A DNA stretch of 64,000 nt, from the NCBI GenBank assembly GCA_965223325.1, contig CBDCWI010000001.1, positions 1,600,001 to 1,664,000 on the forward strand, given 5' to 3'. The DNA is from Candidatus Multivoradales bacterium (GTDB lineage Bacteria; Acidobacteriota; Thermoanaerobaculia; Multivoradales; Multivoraceae). Both the position numbers and the translations under genes were made by a program. The notes beneath the pieces were generated by a model. That model made no database searches. It saw only the letters and a program-made list of their open reading frames with translations, and was not told where the DNA came from. Positions 27,347 through 38,966 of the stretch are shown here, piece after piece. How positions within the stretch are numbered: position 1 is the stretch's first letter; each line of letters starts with the position of its first letter.

Positions 27347-30300
27347 CTACATATTGCGCCGATACTCGCCACCCACGTCGTAGAGCGACCCCGAGATCTG
27401 CCCCAACGAACAGCTCTTGACGGTTTCGACCAGCTCCTCGAAGACGTTGTCCCGAGCGCGTGCCTTTTCCTGAAGGCGCACGAGCGCTGCCGGCGCCCCC
27501 GATTCATGGCGAGCGTGAAACGCCGCCAGGTTGTCGATCTGAGCGTTCTTCTCCTCGTCGCTCGAACGAATGAGCTCGATCGCCGTCTCGGTCACCGCTT
27601 CCTTGTCGGCCAGGAAGGTGTTGACGCCAACCACCGGCAACGTGCCGTCGTGTTTCTTGGACTCGTACTCGAGGCTTTCGTCCTGGATCTTGCTGCGCTG
27701 GTACATCGTATCCATCGCTCCGAGAACGCCGCCGCGCTCCGAAAGGCGCTCGAACTCCAGGTAGACCGCCTCTTCGACCAGGTCGGTGAGCTCGTCGAGA
27801 ATGAAGGACCCCTGCCACGGATTCTCGTTCTTGTTGAGCCCAAGCTCCTTGTTGATGATGTGCTGGATCGCCAGCGCGCGCCGAACGGACTCTTCGGTTG
27901 GCGTAGTGATCGCCTCGTCGTAAGCGTTGGTGTGCAGGCTGTTGCAGCGATCGAAGATCGCGTAGAGCGCCTGGAGGGTCGTTCGGATGTCGTTGAACTG
28001 GATCTCCTGCGCGTGCAGGCTGCGACCCGAAGTCTGGATGTGGTACTTCAGCATCTGACTGCGCGGCGATGCGCCATAGCATCCACGCATGGCACGCGCC
28101 CAGATGCGACGGGCAACCCGCCCGATGACCGCATACTCAGGGTCCATGCCATTCGAAAAGAAGAAGCTCAGGTTGGGCGCGAAGTCGTCGATCGCCATGC
28201 CACGCGCCAGGTAGTACTCGACGATGGTGAAACCGTTGGCGAGGGTGAAGGCCAGCTGCGAGATCGGGTTCGCCCCGGCCTCGGCGATGTGGTACCCGCT
28301 GACCGAAACGCTGTAGTAGTTACGCACCCCGTGGTCGATGAAGTACTGCTGCACGTCACCCATCACTTTGAGGGCGAACTCGGTCGAAAAGATGCAGGTG
28401 TTCTGTGCCTGATCCTCCTTGAGGATGTCGGCCTGCACCGTGCCGCGAACAACCTTCAGGGTCTCGGTCTTGATCTTGTTGTAGGTCTCGGCATCGACCA
28501 GCTGGTCGCCCGAAACCCCGAGCAAGCGCAGGCCGAGCCCATCGTTACCTGGCGGTAGCTCGCCTTGGTATCGCGGGCGATCTCGATCGCCCCAATGATC
28601 CGCCAACTTCTTCTCGAGCCCATCCTCGCCGAGTCCATCGAGCAGATGACATTCGACCTGTTGATCGATCGCAGCGTTCATGAAGAAGGCCAGGATGGTG
28701 GGCGCCGGACCATTGATGGTCATGGAAACCGAGGTCGTTGGCGCGGTGAGGTCGAAGCCCGAGTAGAGCTTCTTCATGTCATCGACCGTAGCGATCGACA
28801 CTCCGGAGTTGCCGACCTTGCCGAAGATGTCGGGCCGCAGAGCGGGGTCTTCGCCGTAGAGGGTGACGGAGTCGAAGGCGGTCGAGAGACGTTGCGCCGG
28901 CTGGCCCGCCGAAACGTAGTGGAAGCGACGGTTGGTGCGCTCCGGCGTTCCTTCGCCAGCAAACATGCGGGTGGGGTCTTCGCCGGTGCGCTTGTAGGGG
29001 TAGACCCCTGCGGTGTAGGGGTAGGCGCCCGGAAGGTTCTCCTTCATCAAGAAGCGCAGCAGGTCGCCCGGGTCGCTATAGCCCGGTGGAGCGATTTTGG
29101 GAATCTCGAGATGGCTCAGCGTCTCGACCCAGTTGCTACCGGTCACCTCACGCCCACGAACGGTATAAGAGTACTTCTCTCTTCGCACTCCCTCGAGGCG
29201 CTTCGGCCACTTCTCGAGCAACTCGAGCGCCTCCCTGCTGAGCCCGGCGAGAGCTTCCTGATAGCGCTGCCGCAGAAGGTAGCGGGCATCGGGTGAGTCC
29301 CCGGTGAGTTCGGCGCTCGGGTACGAATCGAGCCACTCGGGACGATCCGTGTCTTCGATTTCACCCAGCGCGCGCCACACGGCCCACGCCCGACTCGCGG
29401 CTTCAGCCTGCTTCTCGATCGCCTCTCGCTCCTGGCGTCCGCTGGCCACCAGTTCCGACAGATAGCGCACCCGTTGCGGAGGGATCAGAACTGTGGCCCG
29501 CGGTTCTCGTTCCTCGGCCGCCCCGAGCGATGAACCCACGTCCCACTCGCTTTCCGGCGCACCGACCTTTGAAGCCATCATCCGACACATCTCGCGGAAG
29601 GCATGGTTCAAGCCAGGGTCATGAAACTGACTGGCGATGGTGGGCAGGACGGGAAGCTGGTCGTCGCCGGCGTCGAACTCGTTGTGATTGCGCCGCCACT
29701 GCTTACGCACATCGCGCAGAGCATCTTCCGAACCGCGGCGGTCGAACTTGTTGACCAGCACCATGTCGGCGAGATCGAGCATGTCGATCTTCTCGAGCTG
29801 GCTGGCCGCACCGTACTCGGAAGTCATCACGTAGACCGAGAAGTCGACCAGGTCGACGATCGAACTGTCGCTTTGACCAATGCCGGCCGTCTCGACGACC
29901 ACCAGGTCGTACCCGGCCTGGCGCAGAAAAGCGATCGAGTCGTCGAGTACCGGCGACGTGGCCAGGTTCTGGCGGCGGGTCGCCATCGAACGCATGAACG
30001 TGTCCGGGCTTCTGAGGCTGTTCATGCGAATGCGGTCGCCGAGCAGCGCACCGCCCGTACGCCGGCGCGTGGGGTCGACCGCCAGGACTGCGATGCGTCG
30101 GTCGGGAAACGCCACCAGGAAGCGGTTGAGTATCTCGTCTGTGACACTCGACTTGCCAGCACCCCCCGTACCGGTTATTCCCACGACCGGCGCGACGTCG
30201 CTCTTCTTCCAGCGCTTGCGAAGTTCTTCGAGCCGCTCGGCAGGAACCCTGCCGACTTCGAGCGCGGTCAGGAACGCGGCCACCGCACCAGCGTCTTCGG

Positions 30301-30826
30301 CGGTGGGCACATCTACTGTGGCGCTCTCCGCCGCGGCGCCGCGTTCGTCGCGCGCCCGCCGGGTCCGGTCGACGACATCGACGATCATCTCCACCAGGCC
30401 CATACGCAGACCGTCGTTGGGGTGGTAGAGCCGTTCAACGCCGTAGCCCTCGAGTTCCTTGATCTCCTCCGGCGTGATGGTACCGCCGCCTCCCCCGAAC
30501 ACCCGCACATGCCCAGCTCCTCGCTCACGCAACATGTCGACCATGTAGCGGAAGAACTCGAGATGGCCCCCCTGGTAGGAACTCACCGCAATGGCGTCGG
30601 CATCTTCCTGGATCGCAGCGCGCACAATGTCCTCGACACTGCGGTTGTGGCCGAGATGCACCACCTCTGCACCCTGCTCCTGGATCAACCGGCGCATGAT
30701 GTTGATCGCCGCGTCATGACCGTCGAACAGCGAGGCCGCGGTCACAAAGCGAAGCGGCTGCGCACCCGGATTCTCCCTCGATGACCGATCGGATTGGGCG
30801 GCTGGGCGAGGGCTGGTGGTGGTCAT
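27347..30826 (-). CDS. icmF: Fused isobutyryl-CoA mutase / MeaI GTPase
   Basis: N-terminal B12-binding [10 protein letters not shown]-loop [20 protein letters not shown], mutase domain [22 protein letters not shown]. Confidence 0.95.
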   Translation of the reverse strand: MTTTSPRPAAQSDRSSRENPGAQPLRFVTAASLFDGHDAAINIMRRLIQEQGAEVVHLGHNRSVEDIVRAAIQEDADAIAVSSYQGGHLEFFRYMVDMLRERGAGHVRVFGGGGGTITPEEIKELEGYGVERLYHPNDGLRMGLVEMIVDVVDRTRRARDERGAAAESATVDVPTAEDAGAVAAFLTALEVGRVPAERLEELRKRWKKSDVAPVVGITGTGGAGKSSVTDEILNRFLVAFPDRRIAVLAVDPTRRRTGGALLGDRIRMNSLRSPDTFMRSMATRRQNLATSPVLDDSIAFLRQAGYDLVVVETAGIGQSDSSIVDLVDFSVYVMTSEYGAASQLEKIDMLDLADMVLVNKFDRRGSEDALRDVRKQWRRNHNEFDAGDDQLPVLPTIASQFHDPGLNHAFREMCRMMASKVGAPESEWDVGSSLGAAEEREPRATVLIPPQRVRYLSELVASGRQEREAIEKQAEAASRAWAVWRALGEIEDTDRPEWLDSYPSAELTGDSPDARYLLRQRYQEALAGLSREALELLEKWPKRLEGVRREKYSYTVRGREVTGSNWVETLSHLEIPKIAPPGYSDPGDLLRFLMKENLPGAYPYTAGVYPYKRTGEDPTRMFAGEGTPERTNRRFHYVSAGQPAQRLSTAFDSVTLYGEDPALRPDIFGKVGNSGVSIATVDDMKKLYSGFDLTAPTTSVSMTINGPAPTILAFFMNAAIDQQVECHLLDGLGEDGLEKKLADHWGDRDRPRYQGELPPGNDGLGLRLLGVSGDQLVDAETYNKIKTETLKVVRGTVQADILKEDQAQNTCIFSTEFALKVMGDVQQYFIDHGVRNYYSVSVSGYHIAEAGANPISQLAFTLANGFTIVEYYLARGMAIDDFAPNLSFFFSNGMDPEYAVIGRVARRIWARAMRGCYGASPRSQMLKYHIQTSGRSLHAQEIQFNDIRTTLQALYAIFDRCNSLHTNAYDEAITTPTEESVRRALAIQHIINKELGLNKNENPWQGSFILDELTDLVEEAVYLEFERLSERGGVLGAMDTMYQRSKIQDESLEYESKKHDGTLPVVGVNTFLADKEAVTETAIELIRSSDEEKNAQIDNLAAFHARHESGAPAALVRLQEKARARDNVFEELVETVKSCSLGQISGSLYDVGGEYRRNM

Positions 30827-31063
30827 CGGGACTCCATTGCGGCCTCGGCTGAGCGCGGCAGCGCAGAGAATGTGGGCGGGCACCCGGCTCCGGCCCTGGC
30901 GGGTACGGGAGCAGGCGTCGTCTCACCCATGATAACGCTCACGCGCTGGCCGCCGAGGCGTTTCCTGAATCTGAGAGATCGTAGACTCTCGGCCGAAGCT
31001 TCGGCCTCGAACCGCGATCATGAACCACCACCGACCCGACTCATCTCACCCTGGGGCTAGCGC

Positions 31064-32467
31064 TTGAGCCTCGTTCTATCCGCCGGCGCCGCCGCCTGGT
31101 CGCAGGTTCTGCGGGTTACCGTCACGCTGGGGACTTACGTTGTCCTGAGAAGGTACATCGCACCTTCAGAGCTGGGCGTGTGGAACTGGGCAGAGGCGAT
31201 CTTTCTGCTCATCGGCCAGGTGCGCGACCTCGGTCTGCCGGCTGAGATCGCCCGGCGACACAACCCGAAGTACGGCAACTACCTGTTGGTGCTCCTGGTC
31301 TGGAGCACGGTCCTGGCGCTCTCGATCCTTCTCGCGGCACCGCTCCTCGCCATGGCGTTTCGCGAACACGGCCCGGAAACGGTTCGGGTGCTGCGCTTCA
31401 TGTGCATCTTCCTCGTCGTCCAGGGGCTCGGCGTGCTGCCAACCACCTTTCTCGACGTCGAGATGCTGACGATCAGGACGGTGCCGCCCGAGCTGGCGCG
31501 CAACGCCTTCTTCGCCGTCACCTCGATCTATCTTGCCGTCCAGGGCTACGGAGTGTGGAGCATCATCTACGCCCACGTCGGCGCGGCAACCCTCTACACC
31601 CTGGGCGTCTGGTACGCGGCGCGGCGTAACCTGCGTCTTGAAACCGAAACCAGCGAGGTTCCCGGCTTCGTGTGGGCCGGCCTACCGTTGATGGTGCTCT
31701 CCTTCATGGAGCTCGGCGTCGTGAGCGTCGAGGTGCTGGTGCTGGGGCGCCGGTTCCCCGAGGAGGTGGTCGGCTTTGCCGGCCTCGCTCTCCTGGCGAC
31801 GTTCTTCCTCGGGCGACAGATCGCCGACGCCTGCGGGCGACCGCTCTATCCGGCAATGCTTCATGCGGGGGCGCCAGACAAAGCCTTCAGCCTCTACCGG
31901 TCGGCAACGGTGCTGTTTGCCGGCCTCATCGCACCGGCGGCCTTCGGTGTCTACCTGAACGCCGAATTGATCGTCGAAATCCTGGGCGGCGAACGTTGGC
32001 GCGGCGCCGTCCCCTACATGCACTGGTTCGCCTTCGTGCCGCTCCTTAGACCGCTGTCGCTCTTCGGGCGCGAGTTGCTCCTGATCCTCAAACGTGACCG
32101 GCTTCTTCTGGTCTACTCCGCCGCCAGTTTCCTGGGCATCGGCGGATTGGGGCTGCTCTTCACCCGGACCTCGCTCGGCCCCTTCGGCATGGCGGTGGCG
32201 TCGTTCTTCCCCGTTGGTCAACTCGTCTTGATGAGCGGCCTCCACGACGTCAACGCCCAGGCGTTGCGCGAACTGCTGCGCGAGATCGCCATCGTCTACG
32301 TAGTCAACGTGCTGGTTTTCGCACCGCTCGTCTTCGCCCGCGACCACCTCGGGATCTACACGCGTTTCGCCGTCTCCCTGGTGCTCGCCCTCCTGGCCGT
32401 CGCCTGGATCGTGCGACTCCACAAAAACAAACTCACGTTGCTCCTGGGAGTGGCGAAGCCGCACTGA
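31064..32467 (+). CDS. Oligosaccharide flippase (Wzx/MOP family)
   Basis: About 12 TM segments; 'RDLGL', 'GYGVWSII' and 'LGGERW' motifs; TTG start uncertain. Confidence 0.75.
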   Translation: MSLVLSAGAAAWSQVLRVTVTLGTYVVLRRYIAPSELGVWNWAEAIFLLIGQVRDLGLPAEIARRHNPKYGNYLLVLLVWSTVLALSILLAAPLLAMAFREHGPETVRVLRFMCIFLVVQGLGVLPTTFLDVEMLTIRTVPPELARNAFFAVTSIYLAVQGYGVWSIIYAHVGAATLYTLGVWYAARRNLRLETETSEVPGFVWAGLPLMVLSFMELGVVSVEVLVLGRRFPEEVVGFAGLALLATFFLGRQIADACGRPLYPAMLHAGAPDKAFSLYRSATVLFAGLIAPAAFGVYLNAELIVEILGGERWRGAVPYMHWFAFVPLLRPLSLFGRELLLILKRDRLLLVYSAASFLGIGGLGLLFTRTSLGPFGMAVASFFPVGQLVLMSGLHDVNAQALRELLREIAIVYVVNVLVFAPLVFARDHLGIYTRFAVSLVLALLAVAWIVRLHKNKLTLLLGVAKPH

Positions 32468-32474
32468 GCAATCG

Positions 32475-33263
32475 TCAGGAAGCTCCCAGGAGGCTGGCTA
32501 CCCGGTGACGCATCTTTGCCCGCGCGACCCGACGTTCGATGGCGGCCTGGTGCTTCTCCCAGAACGCCTCGGCAACGAAGATCACGTTGCCCGAAGCTTC
32601 TTCGACGTACTCTTCGAGCCGGCCACCTTCGCGGGCGCTCTCGGCGAGCTGTTCTTCCCAGCCCGGAGCCCCGGGACCGTCAGGGTAGAAGACGCTCGCC
32701 ACCTCACGGAAACCGAGGCCGTCGATCAGGGCGCGGGTCTGGTCGCCCGGCACCTCGCCGGGCCAGTAGGCAATCAGGTCGAGCTCGATATGAATCAAAC
32801 GGACCTTGCCGGCCACGCCACGCGTCCCTTCGATGACCTGGTGCGCCGCGCCCTCGACGTCGACCCAGAGCGCGATGGGTGCCGGAGCGTCTGCCAGGAC
32901 CTCGTCCAGGCGCACTGCCTCCACCTGGTCGACGCGCTTGGTCTTCGCGTACCCGGCGAGCAGTGAGCTCTCGCCGCGGTTAGCACTCGCTTCGTCATAG
33001 TCGACATCTGCGATGTGAAAGTCGACCAGGCCCGCTTCATCACTCGCGGCCTGGTGAAGTATCTCGACTCCCTGAGCGCGCAGCCGCGGGTCTTGGAGCA
33101 TGCGCTCGTAGTTCTCTCGGTTGGCCTCGAAGGCCACCACTCGCGCGTCTGGAAGCGCCTGTTTGAAAGACAACGCCTCGGCGCCATCCATCGAACCGAC
33201 GTCACACACGGTGCGACTGCCAGACAGGGAGAGGAGCTGAATGAAGAGACGCTTGGTGTTCAT
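32475..33263 (-). CDS. FkbM family methyltransferase
   Basis: DVGSMDG, VAFEAN, VRLDE, VDVEGA. Confidence 0.88.
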   Translation of the reverse strand: MNTKRLFIQLLSLSGSRTVCDVGSMDGAEALSFKQALPDARVVAFEANRENYERMLQDPRLRAQGVEILHQAASDEAGLVDFHIADVDYDEASANRGESSLLAGYAKTKRVDQVEAVRLDEVLADAPAPIALWVDVEGAAHQVIEGTRGVAGKVRLIHIELDLIAYWPGEVPGDQTRALIDGLGFREVASVFYPDGPGAPGWEEQLAESAREGGRLEEYVEEASGNVIFVAEAFWEKHQAAIERRVARAKMRHRVASLLGAS

Positions 33264-33344
33264 ACCACTCGACACCATACCGCTCGAGACCACGCCGCTC
33301 GTTGCCCGGCGCGGACCCGCTACCCTTTGCGGAAAACCAAGCGC

Positions 33345-34532
33345 CTAGGCCAGGGCTTCGGCCTGGCGGCACGCGAGCTTCCAGGCGTAGAGGTGCTGGC
33401 GCAGTTCGCGCCGGACCTCTTTGAGTTCGGCTTCGAGCTCGTTCATTCGATCCTGTGCGTCTGCCAATCGCTTGCCGGCAAGGGCACGACGTTCGGCGAG
33501 CAGGGTGCGAAAGCGGAGGTGCTTCTCGTCGGCCTTCGCCTCGAGTTCTTCGAGCCAACCTGCCAGGGTTTCACTGAAACGCACCTCGCCGCGCCGTGCC
33601 AACCGACGCTGCCGTTCGCGCACCCGTGCCAAGCGAATCGTCTCTGACGGGATGCGCCGCAGATCCCTTGCCAGGCCGCACCGCGCCAGCGTCCAGATCA
33701 CCCACTTGCTCGGGTCCCACTGCCAGGCACGAACACCGTTGCGATAGTCGGTCTGAAAGGCGTGGTGGTAGTTGTGGTAGCCCTCGCCAAAGGTGAAGAA
33801 GGCAAGCAGCCCATTGTCACGTGCCGACACCTCGCCGTCGTACGGCTGGCTACCGAGAGTGTGCGCCAGCGAGTTGATCAGGAAAGTCGAATGGTGGACG
33901 GCGACGATGCGCGCCGTGGCTCCGAACAGAAAACCCGCCAGAAGCCCCTCGAGCCAGCCTTCGCCAGAGCGCAGGGTGTAGAGCGCACCGAGAGTCATGG
34001 GCAGGAAGAACCCCATCAGAATCGCGAGAGGAATGTAGAAGCGCTCTTGAAACGCAACGATCGGATCGCGGCGCAGGTCGGCGACATTGTCGGTCGCGAG
34101 AGGCGGATCCTGATGCACCAGGAGCCAGCCCATGTGCGCCCAGAAGAAGCCGTGGCGAATGCTGTGCGGATCGTGTAGATCGCCGTCCTGATCGGTGAAC
34201 TTGTGGTGATAGCGATGCTCGGACGCCCACTGCAGAACGGGCTCCTGGAATGCGGCCGCACCGAACAAGGTGACCCAGAGGCGCACCGGCCAACTGGCCC
34301 GAAATGCACAGTGAGCGAACAGTCGGTGATAGCCGACCGTGATGCTGAGCCCCGTGCACGCGAACATCAGAAGGAACAGCCCCACTTCGAGGCGTCCCAG
34401 GCCTCGAGACCAGACCCATGCCGGCACGCCGACGAGAGTGACCAGGAGGGTCGAGATCAGGAAGATCGAGGTCTTCCAGTTGATTCCGGAGATCTTGAGG
34501 GGTTGAACGTCGGGCACAGTGGGCTCCAGCAA
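33345..34532 (-). CDS. Acyl-CoA (delta-9) fatty acid desaturase with C-terminal coiled coil
   Basis: His boxes GYHRLFAH, EHRYHH, GEGYHNYHH; DYRNG..WDPSKW. Confidence 0.93.
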   Translation of the reverse strand: MLEPTVPDVQPLKISGINWKTSIFLISTLLVTLVGVPAWVWSRGLGRLEVGLFLLMFACTGLSITVGYHRLFAHCAFRASWPVRLWVTLFGAAAFQEPVLQWASEHRYHHKFTDQDGDLHDPHSIRHGFFWAHMGWLLVHQDPPLATDNVADLRRDPIVAFQERFYIPLAILMGFFLPMTLGALYTLRSGEGWLEGLLAGFLFGATARIVAVHHSTFLINSLAHTLGSQPYDGEVSARDNGLLAFFTFGEGYHNYHHAFQTDYRNGVRAWQWDPSKWVIWTLARCGLARDLRRIPSETIRLARVRERQRRLARRGEVRFSETLAGWLEELEAKADEKHLRFRTLLAERRALAGKRLADAQDRMNELEAELKEVRRELRQHLYAWKLACRQAEALA

Positions 34533-34680
34533 AGAGGGGGGAGGTGGGAAGGCGGGATCGCTACGCTCAGGGGCTTGACTCCCTCGCGAGGCGCACCGGC
34601 CATTCTATCTCCTGCGGTCGCTGGGAGTGTTCCTGGGAGCCAAGAAAGTCTCCACCCGCCCGCGGGCCGGAACGACGCGC

Positions 34681-34719
34681 AACAAAAAGAAACAGCCGGC
34701 CCACGGGCCGGCTGTTTCT
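34681..34719 (-). terminator. Intrinsic terminator of the DinB gene
   Basis: Perfect 15-bp inverted repeat AGAAACAGCCGGCCC-AC-GGGCCGGCTGTTTCT followed by a T-run on the minus strand. Confidence 0.85.
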
Positions 34720-34758
34720 GGTTCACCAGGGGGCAAATCTCGCCCCGCTCCCGGAAGC

Positions 34759-35307
34759 CTACTGGCTCCAGGGAGGGGTCACGCCGACCGAGCGCGCGTA
34801 GGCGATCAACTGGCCGAGGTGCTCGTGGGTGTGGGAGATGGCGGCGTGTAGCACGCCTGCCTTGGTGAACTCCTGTCCGAACATCTGCTGCGTTTCACCG
34901 AGCTGGTCTGCCGGAACCGACTCCACCAGCTTGCGCATCTGCTCGAACGACGTCTTCATGGTCGCGATCACCTGGTCTTTGTCGGTGATTTCCTCGAGCT
35001 TGCCCATCTCGATGCCTTCGGGGGGTTGGATCCCTGCCTGCATCGGGAAGAAGAACTGTGCCTGCGCCATGTGCATGAATGCACCGGAAACGCCACGCAC
35101 ACCTTCGGCCGGAGCCCAGGAGTACTTCTCGGCCGGAATGGCTTCGGCGAGACCAACGAGCTTCTCTTCGAGGCTCGCGAGGTCTTTGATCAGGTCGCTG
35201 TTGTAGCCCGCGTCGGCATCTGCCGCGGTCGCTGGCGCAGCGAGACCCGCCACGAGAAGAAGTGCTACGGCTGCTAGAGACACCTGCTTGAGAGTGAACC
35301 GCGGCAT
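34759..35307 (-). CDS. DinB family protein with signal peptide
   Basis: AAGGAGGT RBS; LAEAIPAEKYSW.P, H..EHLGQLIAYAR. Confidence 0.85.
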   Translation of the reverse strand: MPRFTLKQVSLAAVALLLVAGLAAPATAADADAGYNSDLIKDLASLEEKLVGLAEAIPAEKYSWAPAEGVRGVSGAFMHMAQAQFFFPMQAGIQPPEGIEMGKLEEITDKDQVIATMKTSFEQMRKLVESVPADQLGETQQMFGQEFTKAGVLHAAISHTHEHLGQLIAYARSVGVTPPWSQ

Positions 35308-35472
35308 GCGATACCTCCTTAGGAACTTTGACTGTAGGCGAGTACCACGAAAGGCACCCGAGCGAAGAATGGAGGTCAATATAACAACGCACCAGCGGGC
35401 AATGGAGGCCGCTTGGGACCAATGGATCCACTCTTTTGATCCTCGGGAGCAGGAGCGATTCGACCGGCCGGC

Positions 35473-36291
35473 CTACCAGCCGCCAGAGGCGCCGCCACCC
35501 CCGAAGCTCCCACCGCCGCCGGAAAAGCCGCCAAAACCGCCGCCGCCGAAGCCGCCCCCGCCGAAACCGCCACCCCGGCGACCACTCGAGCGACCCGATC
35601 GACTACCAGGCAACAGGATGATTGGGCCGTCTCCCCAACCGTCGCGGGAGCTCCACTCGGCTCGACCCCGGCGCCGCCGACTGCTCAAGATGATGAAGAT
35701 GATCAGGATGACGATGAACAAGATCAGGTCGAGCGGGATCCCACTCGGGACCGCGCGCGGGCCGGTGGGTGCCGGAAGTTCCTGACCGTCGAGGCTGGCG
35801 AGGATCGCGCTCACCCCAGCTTCAAAGCCACCGCCCATGTCGCCGGCGCGAAACCGCGGCTGCACCACGTCGTTGATGATCCGCCTCGCGCGCAGGTCGG
35901 TCAGGGTGGCCTCGAGACCGTAGCCGGTGTCGATGCGCATGCGCCGCTCTTCCTTGGCAACCAGAAAGAGAACTCCATCATCCTGCTCGCCGCGGCCGAG
36001 CTTCCAGGCTTCAGCCACCCGGTGCGAGTAGGCCTCGAGCGCTTCGCCCTCGAGGCTCCAGATCGTCAGCACCACCACCTGGTTGCCGGTGCGTTCTTCG
36101 TGGGCGGCAAGCAGCGCTTCGAGACGATGTTCGACGTCGTCGGGAATCATGCCTGCCAAGTCCACGACCCTGCCGGTCAGAAACGGGACGTCGTCACTCA
36201 GAAGCACTGAGGAGGGCGCGAGGACGACGACCAGAGCCACGAACAGAAAGAGCCGTCCTGCCGAGAACCGGTTGCCGACGCGCCGACTCAT
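35473..36291 (-). CDS. TPM domain protein (YgcG-like) with Gly-rich tail
   Basis: VVDLAG, WKLG..DDGVLFLVA, GYGLE, GGGGSFGGGGASGGW. Confidence 0.92.
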   Translation of the reverse strand: MSRRVGNRFSAGRLFLFVALVVVLAPSSVLLSDDVPFLTGRVVDLAGMIPDDVEHRLEALLAAHEERTGNQVVVLTIWSLEGEALEAYSHRVAEAWKLGRGEQDDGVLFLVAKEERRMRIDTGYGLEATLTDLRARRIINDVVQPRFRAGDMGGGFEAGVSAILASLDGQELPAPTGPRAVPSGIPLDLILFIVILIIFIILSSRRRRGRAEWSSRDGWGDGPIILLPGSRSGRSSGRRGGGFGGGGFGGGGFGGFSGGGGSFGGGGASGGW

Positions 36292-37010
36292 CGCCGTCTC
36301 ACCCGCGGCGAATCAGAGAGCTCGTCTCTGTCGTCGGTCCGGCGCGTCACCTCGTGCGCTTCGAGTAGTGCACCGCAGCGTTCGACCGCCTCGATGATTG
36401 CCGACACCGGGTCCCCACTGTCCATGCCGTCGACGAGACGTTCCGTCACCAGGATCCACTCCTGGTCGTCGACGACCCGATGGATTCCTTCGTCGGCGAG
36501 CACCACAGCTCGACGCTCGAAGAGCGCCACAAAGAGCAGAATGCCGGTGCGGTCCTGGGTCTGGAAGACTTCTTCCTCGAGGAACGCCGATTCGGCCCGC
36601 AGACCGACCCGGCGCAGCAGGTCGTCGCCCCTGATCAGGGCGCGGCCCAGTCCATCGATCGAACTCGCCGCCAGGTAGCCGAGCAACCCGCCGATGAGCG
36701 TTGGCACCAGGGCCCAGAGCCCGACGTCGCCGCCCCACCACCCGAGCACGTCGTGCACAAGGGTGGCACCGACGAGTGCGATGACGCCACCCCAGAGCGC
36801 ACCGCGCCACCCGCGTTCGGGATACTCGTCACAACGGTCGACGAGATAGGTCACGATCTCACCACCCGAGCGCCTCTCGGCCTCGCTGACGGCAACACGG
36901 ATGCGCTCGAGTTGGGATTCGGGGAACCCCTCGAGCACAGTCGGTGGCGACAGAGGCTCCGCGGGCGGCACCGCCTCAGGAGGCACAGCCCCGCTGGCAG
37001 TTTCGTTCAT
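36288..37010 (-). CDS. TPM domain membrane protein
   Basis: AERRSGGEI, TQDRTGILLFV, DELSD; lies between lemA and the YgcG-like gene. Confidence 0.88.
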   Translation of the reverse strand: MNETASGAVPPEAVPPAEPLSPPTVLEGFPESQLERIRVAVSEAERRSGGEIVTYLVDRCDEYPERGWRGALWGGVIALVGATLVHDVLGWWGGDVGLWALVPTLIGGLLGYLAASSIDGLGRALIRGDDLLRRVGLRAESAFLEEEVFQTQDRTGILLFVALFERRAVVLADEGIHRVVDDQEWILVTERLVDGMDSGDPVSAIIEAVERCGALLEAHEVTRRTDDRDELSDSPRVRRR

Positions 37011-37066
37011 CGCGCCAGCGCGCCAGGCGCCGCCCACAACACCAGGAAGGGTCCGAACAAGAGTGC

Positions 37067-37657
37067 CTACCCGAAGTCGACTCGGGGCACCGTCTCGGCA
37101 CCCGGCTCTGACTCGAAGTACGGCTTTCCTGTAAAGCCAAACAGACTCGCGACCAGGTTCATCGGCACTTTGCGCATCGCGGTGTTGTACCGCTGCGCGC
37201 TCTCGTTGTACTTGCTGCGCTCGACGGTGATTCGGTTCTCGGTTCCTTCGAGCTGCGACTGGAGATCGCGAAAAGCCTCCGTCGCGCGCAGGTCCGGATA
37301 CTTCTCGACCACCACCATCAAACGCGACAGGGCTTGCGTGAGATCTCCCTGGGCCGCCTGAAACTGCGCCAGCTGTTCGGCCGAGGGGGCGCCTTCGATG
37401 TTGATCTGGCCCGCGCTGGCGCGCGCCTGGGCAACCGACTCGAAGGTCTCGCGCTCGAACTCGCTGGCACCCTTGACAGTCTCGACCAGGTTGGGAATCA
37501 AGTCGGCACGGCGCTGGTACACGTTCTCGACCTGCGACCAGCTACGGGTCACATCCTCTTCCAGTTCGACGAGGCGGTTGCGCTGGCCGAAGACGATCAC
37601 CGCCAGCAGCGCGATCAACGCGAGGGCGCCGCAGCCTAGTGCTAGACCTTTGTTCAT
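37067..37657 (-). CDS. lemA: LemA family protein
   Basis: GAAGGAG RBS; QRRADLIPNLVETVKG, YPDL, LEGTENRI. Confidence 0.95.
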   Translation of the reverse strand: MNKGLALGCGALALIALLAVIVFGQRNRLVELEEDVTRSWSQVENVYQRRADLIPNLVETVKGASEFERETFESVAQARASAGQINIEGAPSAEQLAQFQAAQGDLTQALSRLMVVVEKYPDLRATEAFRDLQSQLEGTENRITVERSKYNESAQRYNTAMRKVPMNLVASLFGFTGKPYFESEPGAETVPRVDFG

Positions 37658-37903
37658 TCTCGTTACTCCTTCGGCCCACTGGCACGCACAAACGTGAGCC
37701 TCCAGGCGATTCTGGAGCAGCTCGGGGAGCAACTCGGCGCGCCGTTGAGGGCTTCGCTGCGGCGGTACTGGCCGACCTTCTGTTCGGGGTTGTTGACCTC
37801 CAATGATACGCCGCCGCTACCCGCGGCGGTGTGGCCAATGGAGCATTCGAGCCCCGACCGCACGCGGAATCCTCCGGAAGCTCCGCCCAGGGTGCGACTG
37901 GGA

Positions 37904-38788
37904 TCAGCAGTAGCGGTTGATTGTGTCCCGGCCCACGAAGCCCCAGACCGACATGCCCCCCAGGCGAGCGACGTCGAGTGCCAACGACGACGCCGCACCG
38001 ACCGCGGCCAACACCGGTACCGAAGCAGCCAGCGCCTTCTGAGCGATCTCGTAGCCGGCGCGCCCGCTGGTGACCAGGATCGTCTGGTGCAGCGGCAGCT
38101 TTCGCGCCAGCAACTGCTGGCCGATGATCTTGTCGACCGCATTGTGGCGCCCCACATCCTCGGCAACAGAGAGGCAGGTTCCAGAGAGGTCGAAGAGTGC
38201 CGCTCCATGCGCTCCGCCGGTGGCATCGAAGAGCGGCTGGCGCTCTTGCATCTGCTGGACCAGAGAGCCGAGGCTCTTTGCCAGATCGCGCTCCGAACAC
38301 TCCAGCGGTTCGAGCTCCGGTACCCGCTGCCAGAGGTCCTCGAGGGAACGCTTGCCGCAAACGCCGCAGGCGCTGCTGGCCGGGAACAGGCGGGCCTCGG
38401 CCGCGCGCACACCGAGCCGGTCGCGGGCAGCCTCGGCGAGAGACACGACGATTCGGGATGGAACGGCGCTCCCGTCGCGAGGGGTGGCCCCCTCGGCCGC
38501 GGTCTCGTCCACCAAAACCGGCTCGGCTTCGATCCCGACGATGTCCTCGGGACCGGAAACCAACCCTTCGCCGTGCAGAAACCCGACCGCCAGATCGCGA
38601 TCGCGGCCGGGAGTGCGCATGGTGATCGAAAGCGGCTGCCCGTCGAGGAAGATTTCGAGGGGTTCCTCGCGCACGACGAGATCGCCGCGGCGTTGGCCGC
38701 CTTGGGCACCCGTCGGCCACGAGGTCACATCTCGAGACCGGGTGGCAATCGCGTTCGCTGGATCCTGTTCGCTCAAGACACCCATCAT
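37904..38788 (-). CDS. fdhD: Formate dehydrogenase accessory sulfurtransferase FdhD
   Basis: EEPL, TMRTPG, SACGVCG, TGGAH, EDVGRHNAVDK, SGR. Confidence 0.95.
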   Translation of the reverse strand: MMGVLSEQDPANAIATRSRDVTSWPTGAQGGQRRGDLVVREEPLEIFLDGQPLSITMRTPGRDRDLAVGFLHGEGLVSGPEDIVGIEAEPVLVDETAAEGATPRDGSAVPSRIVVSLAEAARDRLGVRAAEARLFPASSACGVCGKRSLEDLWQRVPELEPLECSERDLAKSLGSLVQQMQERQPLFDATGGAHGAALFDLSGTCLSVAEDVGRHNAVDKIIGQQLLARKLPLHQTILVTSGRAGYEIAQKALAASVPVLAAVGAASSLALDVARLGGMSVWGFVGRDTINRYC

Positions 38789-38966
38789 AGGAGGCCTGTA
38801 ATGAGCGATGACAAATCAGGAGAATTTTCTTCTATCAATTCGCCTCAATCCTTCGATCTTCGGTGCAGTTCCCGGTTTTCGGAACCGTCTGATAAATTGA
38901 AATCCGCCAATGAACCTTCCCTCTCACCGCCCCGGGTGACGCCTTTGAGACCTCTCTGGCCAGATC

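Noticed and set aside
33261-33305. Imperfect 15-bp tandem repeat (MVSSG x2) at the FkbM start
   Set aside because: Short and degenerate, most likely local slippage; it only makes the start codon ambiguous
35473-35580. GC-rich repetitive tract, read as a Pro/Lys-rich ORF on the plus strand
   Set aside because: Explained by the Gly-rich tail typical of YgcG/TPM proteins on the minus strand
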